Shown one piece after another: positions 10,579-18,305 of a stretch of 39,805 nucleotides of DNA (positions are counted from its first letter, which is position 1; each line of letters opens with the position of its first letter). This stretch comes from Fidelibacterota bacterium (GTDB lineage Bacteria > Fidelibacterota > Marinisomatia > Marinisomatales > TCS55): contig JBHHTW010000017.1 of NCBI GenBank assembly GCA_046861385.1, forward strand, positions 1 to 39,805, read 5' to 3'. The notes under the pieces are model-generated. The model had not been told where the DNA came from and ran no database searches. It saw only the letters and a list, made by a program, of their open reading frames with translations. The position numbers and the translations under genes were made by a program.

Positions 10579-10598
10579 GATACATTTCCCTCGAATTA

Positions 10599-11465
10599 TC
10601 ACTTCATGAATCTGGAAATTGCCCGGCTGCTTCCGAAGAGGCTAATAACAACCGCAATAAGAAATAACCAGCCAAGAAAATACCATTGAACTTGGATTGT
10701 AAAGGTGGTGAACCGTCCTAATACTTCATTGGTTCCATAGACAACACTATATAAAAACCCTCCGGCCAAACTGGCTCCGATAATGCTTTGAAAAACACCT
10801 TCTAGAATAAATGGCATGCGAATAAACGAATTGGTTGCGCCGATCATTTTCAATGCCTGAATTAGATCTTTTTTTGAATAAATAGTCAATTTAATTGTAT
10901 TTGAAATAATAAAAACTGTTACAAGTACTATGGCAAAAGCTACCAAAGACAAACCCAACAGACTTTGCTCATAAAATTTTTCCATTCTATTGATCAATCT
11001 TCCCTGATGGTTTACGTTATCAATTCCTTTCATTGATTCTATTCTCTTTATAATCGGCTCGATATGCAGATATCCGTCTTTTTTACGGGTAAGGTTAACC
11101 ACACAACTTGCAGGTAAAGGATTATAATCCAATAATTCCATAATTTCCTCACCAAATTGAGATTTGTAGATCTCTAATGCACGATCCTTTGTTATCAATG
11201 TGGTTGAATATACACTTGGAATATTTTTTATTTCTTTTACTATTTGCTTTGCTTCCTTGTCCGTAATCGTATCATCGAAAAACACTTCAATTTTATATTT
11301 CGTTCTCATGTATTCAATCAGCTTATGGGAGTGTTGCTCGGTTATAAATAAAACACCAACTGTCGTGAGGGCCAAAAATATAGAAAAAACAGCCGTAAAT
11401 ACCGTCATTTTATGTCGCCACAAATTCTTAAATCCTTCACCGAGTAAAAATAAAAACTGTTCCAT
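10599..11465 (-). CDS. ftsX: cell division permease FtsX
   Basis: EGFKNLWRH, NPLPAS, ISNTIKLTI, MIGAT..FIRMPFILEG and four TM helices. The start is likely MEQFL at 11465, just after the ftsE stop. Confidence 0.92.
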   Translation of the reverse strand: MEQFLFLLGEGFKNLWRHKMTVFTAVFSIFLALTTVGVLFITEQHSHKLIEYMRTKYKIEVFFDDTITDKEAKQIVKEIKNIPSVYSTTLITKDRALEIYKSQFGEEIMELLDYNPLPASCVVNLTRKKDGYLHIEPIIKRIESMKGIDNVNHQGRLINRMEKFYEQSLLGLSLVAFAIVLVTVFIISNTIKLTIYSKKDLIQALKMIGATNSFIRMPFILEGVFQSIIGASLAGGFLYSVVYGTNEVLGRFTTFTIQVQWYFLGWLFLIAVVISLFGSSRAISRFMK

Positions 11466-11466
11466 A

Positions 11467-12117
11467 TTAGTTACGCAGTTTTCCGTCATGAATTTCAATG
11501 ATTGGATGATTTCGGCTTTTTATCAAGCTGTAATTGTGTGAAGCCATAAATACTGTCGTTCCTTCAGAGTTTACATCTTCAAGAAGTTTTACAAGGTCAA
11601 ATGACGTAACCGGATCAAGGTTACCTGTGGGTTCATCGGCTAGTATAATATCTGGATTCTTAATCAAAGCCCTGGCAAGACATGCCCTCTGTTGCTCGCC
11701 GCCGGATAATTCATCAGGAAAATGGTTTTCCTTTCCATCAAGTCCCACATCCTTAATTGTGTCAATGACTAAGTCACCGATGTCACTTTTAGGGTATCCA
11801 ATCACATGTAAAGGTAAAGCCACATTTTCAAATAAATTCCTGTCTGAAAGTAATCGATAATTTTGTGAAATCATACCGATTGATCTCCGAAGTTTAGGAA
11901 TCTTTCGTTTTTTAATTGTCTTGGAGGAAAATTTACCAACAGTGACAATACCGCTGTCGGGAAAAATATTCATGTATATTAACCTGAGTAATGTTGTTTT
12001 TCCTGAACCTGTGGGGCCAATTAAAAATAAAAATTCGCCTTCATCGATCGTGAGGTTAATATTTGAAAGGCCAAATCCTTTTTTATAGGAATAGGAAACA
12101 TTTTCTAATTTTATCAT
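11467..12117 (-). CDS. ftsE: cell division ATP-binding protein FtsE
   Basis: GPTGSGKT, LSGGEQQR and LADEPTGNLDP; directly upstream of ftsX. Confidence 0.92.
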   Translation of the reverse strand: MIKLENVSYSYKKGFGLSNINLTIDEGEFLFLIGPTGSGKTTLLRLIYMNIFPDSGIVTVGKFSSKTIKKRKIPKLRRSIGMISQNYRLLSDRNLFENVALPLHVIGYPKSDIGDLVIDTIKDVGLDGKENHFPDELSGGEQQRACLARALIKNPDIILADEPTGNLDPVTSFDLVKLLEDVNSEGTTVFMASHNYSLIKSRNHPIIEIHDGKLRN

Positions 12118-12123
12118 AAGCTA

Positions 12124-12151
12124 AATCTAATGTTGTTTATCCGCACTGCAA
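12124..12151 (-). promoter_or_regulatory. putative (leaderless) promoter of ftsEX
   Basis: TTGCAG-N16-TAGATT, with the ATG only 6 nt downstream and no Shine-Dalgarno. Confidence 0.5.
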
Positions 12152-12161
12152 ATGATCGCAT

Positions 12162-13082
12162 TTAATTGAATAATAAAAATACGAATAAAATATAGCCGGC
12201 AAGCAAAATACCTGATGAGGATTTGGCAATCGGTTGTTTCATTAAAGCGACCGGGAATAATATAGCACCAAATGCAATCATAAATGGAATTTCTAAGTAC
12301 ATAATTTCCTGAGGCGTTTTAAGAGGATGAACCCAGCTCACAATCCCAATAACCGATAGAATATTAAATAAATTAGATCCGATAATGTTACCAACTGATA
12401 TCCCACTTTCTTTATGAAAAGCAGCAACAATTGACGTTGCCAGTTCCGGTAAAGATGTGCCGAAAGCTACAACAGACATACCAATTGCTATTTTGCTGAC
12501 ACCTAATATTTCAGCGATTGAAATAGCTCCTTCAACGAATAAATTTGAACCTAAAAACAATAATATGGCGCCTATTAATAGAAACAATAAATTTTTAGTA
12601 ATAGGATCATCGCCCCTATTCATTTTTTCAACTCGGTGATGAGGATGAGCAATACAATACCATGTGTAACTAATGATACCTAAGAACAACAATACACCTT
12701 CCGATCGATCTATTAACCCATCAGAGCAGAAATATGTAAATAATAATGCTGAAAATATATAAATAATTAGATCAGATCGAATTCGTGAAAATGTGATTGT
12801 AATTGGAAATATTAGAGAACTCAGTCCCAAAACAAGACCAATATTAGCAATATTTGATCCGATAACATTCCCTACTGCGATTGTAGAGGAATCTTTAATA
12901 GCAGCAGTTAAGCTGACTACCAATTCAGGAAGAGATGTCCCGAAAGCTACAATTGTTAAGCCAATGACTAAAGGTGAAAGACCTATCTGAGAGGCCAAAC
13001 GACTCCCACCTTTAACAATCCATTCTGCTCCGAAGTATAGAAGCAGACCACCTAGTATTAAAAATGCCAGGCTGCCAATCAT
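12162..13082 (-). CDS. calcium/sodium antiporter (CaCA, YrbG family)
   Basis: Two alpha repeats AFGTSLPEL...GN(V/I)IGSN and about 10 TM helices. Confidence 0.93.
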   Translation of the reverse strand: MIGSLAFLILGGLLLYFGAEWIVKGGSRLASQIGLSPLVIGLTIVAFGTSLPELVVSLTAAIKDSSTIAVGNVIGSNIANIGLVLGLSSLIFPITITFSRIRSDLIIYIFSALLFTYFCSDGLIDRSEGVLLFLGIISYTWYCIAHPHHRVEKMNRGDDPITKNLLFLLIGAILLFLGSNLFVEGAISIAEILGVSKIAIGMSVVAFGTSLPELATSIVAAFHKESGISVGNIIGSNLFNILSVIGIVSWVHPLKTPQEIMYLEIPFMIAFGAILFPVALMKQPIAKSSSGILLAGYILFVFLLFN

Positions 13083-13663
13083 TTCGAAAATAATTTATGA
13101 GCGTTGATATATTCCCAAACAGGCTGTGTTACCATGTAGCGAATTGTTTTATTTTCTTCCCACCGTTTTCGAATGGTTGATGAAGCAATTTCGAAACGAG
13201 GAATATTAGCAAATTGAACTTTTTTTAATACCCAAATCGGGACATCACTTGGACGAAATCCCGGTCGTATAGCTACTAATAATTTGCATTCGTTTAAAAT
13301 TTCTCTCGGTCGATCCCAAGTACTAAAATCCATGAGTGAGTCACTGCCAATCAGAAAATATAACTCATCTTTTGTTAATTTTTCCTCCTCTTTAAATGCT
13401 TTTATTGTATCAAGTGTATATGAGATACCTCTACGTTTTAATTCGATTTCCGATATGTCAAATTTTGGGTTTCCGACTATGGCCATTTTTAACATGGATA
13501 ATCGGTGTTCAACCGGTGAGAAATTATTCTTAAAAGGGGGATGGTAGGTAAGAACAAATATTATTTTTTCAAAGTTCTCGGCTTCTGCTACTGTTTGAGC
13601 AACCAGTAGATGACCGATATGAGGCGGATCAAACGTCCCTCCAAAAAGACATACTTTCTTCAT
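13079..13663 (-). CDS. nadD: nicotinate-nucleotide adenylyltransferase
   Basis: FGGTFDPPHIGH, SYTLDT, FLIGSDS and IASSTIR. Confidence 0.95.
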   Translation of the reverse strand: MKKVCLFGGTFDPPHIGHLLVAQTVAEAENFEKIIFVLTYHPPFKNNFSPVEHRLSMLKMAIVGNPKFDISEIELKRRGISYTLDTIKAFKEEEKLTKDELYFLIGSDSLMDFSTWDRPREILNECKLLVAIRPGFRPSDVPIWVLKKVQFANIPRFEIASSTIRKRWEENKTIRYMVTQPVWEYINAHKLFSK

Positions 13664-13669
13664 AATGAA

Positions 13670-14410
13670 TTATTGGTTTCCATTTAGTAGTTTATTTACT
13701 CTACTCAGTTGATCATCTTCGGTGATTTTACTCTTATTATCAAAATAATACTCATTTGCTTTATCCAAATCTCCCATTTCAGAATAGCATTTTATAATCT
13801 GTACATGGGCGTCACCGACAAAATCGGTATCATAGTATTTGGATAATAGATCCTGATAAGCAAGGATAGCTGATTCATATTCATCCATTTTAATATATAA
13901 TCGACCAGTTTCGTATAATTTTTTTGCAAGTTTATCTCGTAATTTACTAATAGTGCTAATGGCTTCATTAGCATATTCTGAATCTGGATAATCATCTAAA
14001 AATTCCTGAAGTTTACTTAAGGCATTATCAGTGGATATCTGTTCATGATAATACTTTGGGGATTGATTAACGTAACATTGACATACTCTCCATCGAGCTT
14101 TCTGCACAAACTCACTAAATCCCATCCTTCTAATTAACCGATCGTATTCAGCTATAGCCAATATATATTCTTTATTTAAAAAATAAGACTCTCCTAAATA
14201 AAATTGTGCATCGTCTCCCAAATCAGTGTGCAGGCCTTGTATTGCAAGGTTATTAAACTCTTCCTGGGCGCGCAGATATCGTTTCTTTTCAAGAGATATC
14301 ATTGCTTTGTCAAACAACACCTGTAAGTCAACATCTTCTTGTGGCTTCGATGATGAACATGCAGTAATTAATAAAATGATTGCTACTATTATGATGATTT
14401 GCTTTTTCAT
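13670..14410 (-). CDS. bamD: outer membrane protein assembly lipoprotein BamD
   Basis: Lipobox LITA-C, TPR helices and QEFLDDYPDSEYA...LRDKLAKK.Y..GRLY. The start is likely MKKQ at 14410. Confidence 0.88.
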   Translation of the reverse strand: MKKQIIIIVAIILLITACSSSKPQEDVDLQVLFDKAMISLEKKRYLRAQEEFNNLAIQGLHTDLGDDAQFYLGESYFLNKEYILAIAEYDRLIRRMGFSEFVQKARWRVCQCYVNQSPKYYHEQISTDNALSKLQEFLDDYPDSEYANEAISTISKLRDKLAKKLYETGRLYIKMDEYESAILAYQDLLSKYYDTDFVGDAHVQIIKCYSEMGDLDKANEYYFDNKSKITEDDQLSRVNKLLNGNQ

Positions 14411-14418
14411 TATTCCTT

Positions 14419-15342
14419 TTACCATTTATAAGAAACTGATATTCCACCGATCCCATATTTAGTTTTCGGATCAAAGTATAATCCAACATCAGTTTTTGAT
14501 TGTTGTGCTTTCTTTCTTGCCTGCCGTTGATTGGTTAATACAGCCTCTAACCCGCTAATAATATGATTAAACATAACAGCTGTGACAGCATAATTGGCCA
14601 TTTTTAAAAATTGATTGCTCTTCGCCCGTTTATTGATATAATCATTTTTATTAGGTGTTTTAAGAATTATTTCTATTGTATCCTCCACTGTCTTTTCCTC
14701 TGCATACCAGTCTTCAATGTCATCCCACCCCCCAACGAACTGATCATATTTTCCAATATTCTCATAGAAATGCTGATCTTTGCTCAAATCAATATTATCT
14801 GAATAAATCCATTCAGGATGAGTTACTAAAGAATCTGAAGACACAAATTCACCAAAATCATCGGCGAGTATGCCGGATAGGTGCAGCGTCAGCTTGTGGG
14901 TACCATTTATTTTGAAATCAGGATATTCTGAAACGCTAATAACTGGAATAAGGAGTGTGTTTTCAACCCATCCCTTTAATGTCCAATGGATATCCCCAAA
15001 TTTCTCATATTGATTTCTAATATCCTCCGCTTGCTTGTTCCACTGAACCCAACCGGCGATTGAAGCAATTTCAATACCTGCAAAAAGGGCGGGTTTCCAG
15101 AGTGGATCCCCATTTTTATATTGTCCCAATCCGGGAAAAATGAGTGAATATAACAATGGTTTTGCAGGATAATTAACAAATGAGGTTGTGTCAATTTCCG
15201 ATTTACCTAACGTATCGAACATGGCGTTATAGTTAAAATGTGCATTGAAACCATATGATGGCTGAAAACGATCATCTAATAAAGAGAGTTCGTCGGCAGT
15301 TACATACACGCTGAAAACTAAAAGTATTAATATTCTAATCAT
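14419..15342 (-). CDS. exported DUF5683-like protein with C-terminal beta hairpin
   Basis: Signal peptide, P.KPLLYSLIFPGLGQYKNG motif, QHFYENIGKYDQFVGGWDD and the C-terminus GISVSYKW. Confidence 0.6.
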   Translation of the reverse strand: MIRILILLVFSVYVTADELSLLDDRFQPSYGFNAHFNYNAMFDTLGKSEIDTTSFVNYPAKPLLYSLIFPGLGQYKNGDPLWKPALFAGIEIASIAGWVQWNKQAEDIRNQYEKFGDIHWTLKGWVENTLLIPVISVSEYPDFKINGTHKLTLHLSGILADDFGEFVSSDSLVTHPEWIYSDNIDLSKDQHFYENIGKYDQFVGGWDDIEDWYAEEKTVEDTIEIILKTPNKNDYINKRAKSNQFLKMANYAVTAVMFNHIISGLEAVLTNQRQARKKAQQSKTDVGLYFDPKTKYGIGGISVSYKW

Positions 15343-15344
15343 GG

Positions 15345-18302
15345 TTAAAATCCGAATAAGAGTTTGAAATAAAACCTGTTCTCATTTCCATAGGAATATG
15401 TTTTATCGTTTATTGTTTTATCAAATTTGTTAAGTCCCTGGTGCATTTCAAGCTCTATTGCAGTCGGGAAGTTATAAAAAGAGAAGCCATTAAACCTCCA
15501 TTGAATTCCAACGGAATTTTTTAATTCTGAAGTATTGAATTTACCATTCCAGGAATTCCCATTTTGATATACAAAGCCAATAATATTATTCTGCAGGATA
15601 AACCAACCAATTTGGATGTGTTTTTGAGTAAACAATGGAATACGAAATATCATTTCATTAATGAGTTGTCGAGTTCCGTCAATGCTGTAAAAAGGATACC
15701 CTTTCATACCAATCATACCACCGCCAAAGAAATTGAAAAATGGGTCAACATCATTGTTGGAAAGCCATCCGAGCTGTGTTCCGAAGGACAAGGTCCATCG
15801 ATTGGTATGAGGAATGGATATATGATAATTCCCATCAATATTGATTCGCCATGTGTTGTTTTCTTCAAATTCCTCAGTGAGAGTTCCAGCTTTAGACAAA
15901 TTTAATCCAGTAATAAAATCATTTTTTTCGTACATCGCAGATAAATGCACTTCATACCCTCTTGAAGGATTTATATTGCTGTCTGCAAGTCTTTTTACAT
16001 TATTCAAGTCCCATTTCAGTCCGCTAACCCATCCACGATAATAATCATAAGCAACTCCCGCGGTCAAGTGTTCAAGTGGGATTGTTTCCTTTACGAATGC
16101 CCGATAAACCTGCCAGGTAGAGATGAGTTCGATTTGGGTCATTCCGAATAAGGGAAATCGCATTCCCGCATTAAATTGGGTCAACCTGAATTTCAGATTA
16201 TCATCAAGTTCGTAGGATGAATAAAAATTAGATTGCTGAATATTCCGGGTTAAGTAAAATACTTCTGCAAAGAGTGTTGGATAAAATCGTTTGAATTCAA
16301 AAATAAAGAATAGGTCTACATCCAATACTTTATTTACTGAAGCCCCTCCAAACACATTCAAACGATCTAACACTTCTGACGAGTAGAAATATAATCCGGG
16401 TTTTATTGTCTCATAATCGACCATGACCCTGGGTAAAATGAACATAGTCGTAAAATCATCTGTATAGGTCTTCGAAGCAGTAGTGTTTTCACTATTCATC
16501 ACTTTAGACAAGTTTTCATTTTTTAGAAAATACAATGGTGAATAGCCAACGGTCTGTTCATCGATTGTACTGATAGAATCAATGACAGCAATCTTATAAA
16601 CACCATTATCAAAAAGTGAGTACGTTATGTTCCCCTGATCATTTATGTCCGCCATAAAAGCACCACCAGTTACATTAGTAATATAAGATTGCTCTTGGTT
16701 CATTTTATCAATCATGAAAAGGTTAAAAATACCGGATCGGTCTTCAGAATAAATTAATATATTATTTTTAAATACAGCATCCCGTTCGTCCCACAGAGGA
16801 CTAGATAATATTTCACCCATAGAGGAGTCTCTCAGAGAGAGGTAATATGTATCTCGATAATGATGTTGAGTACGATTAAAAATTAACCTTTCGTTTTTAT
16901 TATCATAGTTTAAACTATTCAATATGGATTTATCTTTATAGGCGGTTAATTTCTGAATAGTATTCTTTTCCAAATTCAGCCTGAAAATATTTTGCCCACC
17001 GTCATATGTGGATAAGAATGCAATAGAACTATCTTTTTCGATAAATACAGGATTATATGCTCTTTGGTTTTTTGTTATTCGGGTTTCTTTTTTCTCATCC
17101 AAATCATACATATAGATATCGAAATAACGGGAACCGTATTTATTAGGTATAGTCGGTTTCTTTGTATAATAGATTAAATTCTTTGTCGGGTGCCAACACG
17201 GTGCTGAGATTACTCCGTTTTCAACCTTTTCCGATTTTTTAGTATCCGTATTATATATAAATAAATCCGTTTGTCCAAAATAATCATTTTCCCTGTTTGA
17301 TATATAAGCAATTCTTTTTCCATCGGGCGACCATTTTGGATGTAAGTTGGATGAACCTCCATCTTCAATTATGTGTCCACTTATTTTATTCTTTTGAATA
17401 TTTTCTGTCAAAAGATTATATCGTGTTTCTAACATTTTCTTAAAATCACCATATAGATCATTCCCACTAATCCCAATTGCCCTTTTAATAGCGTCATTAA
17501 TTGAGAATTCGAAGGGATTTGAGAGTTCCACCATAATTTTTTTTAGAGATTCTGAACCGTATTTTCCGGCAATGTAACGGCACAAAGCAAATCCGGAATT
17601 ATATGTTGATTCATTTCCAATACCCTTTTTACCAAACGTGTTCATTTCGGTAAAAGAAAGCAGTTGATTATTCAAGGTTCTGTCCCGGAGAATCATGTCT
17701 CGGTGGGTATCCCAGTTATCCCAATCTGCTCCTTCGTACATATATTGAGCCGACCCTTCAGCCAACCAAGGTGGAACAGTCGTTCCCGGAAGCGGATAAC
17801 TCACAATAGAATTGGGGAAACCGTAAAGGACATCTTCCCTCTTTTCATCCTCATAACCCATCCACTGAAAATAGGCTCCGGGGAATTTTATACTTGCTTT
17901 CATGGCTTTTTGCAAGGAAACAATATGAGTAAATTCATGGGTAATTACATTTTGGAGCCAACGATGACTTCCCCTCAACTCAAATTCTAGAGGAGATGCC
18001 CAAATAATAATTTTATTGTCATAGTAATACGCTGCTCCATTTGAGAAATCATCTACATCGGTAAAAATTAGATCCGTTTTGGTCGAAGGTTCATAATCAT
18101 ATAGTCCTGTCACATGAGGATAAATCTGTTCCGCAATAAAAGCGCCTTCTCGTGCCGTACCTTCAGTGCCTTTATAAAAGTGGATCTGAAAATGGTCAGT
18201 TTCAAAAGTACGCCAGTCGAGCTCAGGATGATTATACTGAAATTGGCCAAATAAATTCGATATGAGCACTAAATAGACACTCATATAATAGAATCGAGTC
18301 AT
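15345..18302 (-). CDS. Omp85-family protein: gluzincin peptidase + TolB/PD40 beta-propeller + C-terminal beta-barrel
   Basis: Signal peptide; HEFTH plus PPWLAEG; P.WSPDGKRIAYISN repeats; FFGGG..GMKGY (VRGF/Y lid-like); terminal RFYFKLLFGF beta-signal. Confidence 0.75.
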   Translation of the reverse strand: MTRFYYMSVYLVLISNLFGQFQYNHPELDWRTFETDHFQIHFYKGTEGTAREGAFIAEQIYPHVTGLYDYEPSTKTDLIFTDVDDFSNGAAYYYDNKIIIWASPLEFELRGSHRWLQNVITHEFTHIVSLQKAMKASIKFPGAYFQWMGYEDEKREDVLYGFPNSIVSYPLPGTTVPPWLAEGSAQYMYEGADWDNWDTHRDMILRDRTLNNQLLSFTEMNTFGKKGIGNESTYNSGFALCRYIAGKYGSESLKKIMVELSNPFEFSINDAIKRAIGISGNDLYGDFKKMLETRYNLLTENIQKNKISGHIIEDGGSSNLHPKWSPDGKRIAYISNRENDYFGQTDLFIYNTDTKKSEKVENGVISAPCWHPTKNLIYYTKKPTIPNKYGSRYFDIYMYDLDEKKETRITKNQRAYNPVFIEKDSSIAFLSTYDGGQNIFRLNLEKNTIQKLTAYKDKSILNSLNYDNKNERLIFNRTQHHYRDTYYLSLRDSSMGEILSSPLWDERDAVFKNNILIYSEDRSGIFNLFMIDKMNQEQSYITNVTGGAFMADINDQGNITYSLFDNGVYKIAVIDSISTIDEQTVGYSPLYFLKNENLSKVMNSENTTASKTYTDDFTTMFILPRVMVDYETIKPGLYFYSSEVLDRLNVFGGASVNKVLDVDLFFIFEFKRFYPTLFAEVFYLTRNIQQSNFYSSYELDDNLKFRLTQFNAGMRFPLFGMTQIELISTWQVYRAFVKETIPLEHLTAGVAYDYYRGWVSGLKWDLNNVKRLADSNINPSRGYEVHLSAMYEKNDFITGLNLSKAGTLTEEFEENNTWRINIDGNYHISIPHTNRWTLSFGTQLGWLSNNDVDPFFNFFGGGMIGMKGYPFYSIDGTRQLINEMIFRIPLFTQKHIQIGWFILQNNIIGFVYQNGNSWNGKFNTSELKNSVGIQWRFNGFSFYNFPTAIELEMHQGLNKFDKTINDKTYSYGNENRFYFKLLFGF

Positions 18303-18305
18303 AAT

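Noticed and set aside
10570-10587. TGTGA-ACAAG-ATACATTT as a second CRP-like site upstream of hrcA
   Set aside because: The spacer is 5 rather than 6 bp and the second half-site is poor.
13954-13973. Inverted repeat TGCTAAT-N6-ATTAGCA resembling CIRCE arms
   Set aside because: The arms are in the wrong orientation, the spacing is wrong, and it lies inside bamD coding sequence.
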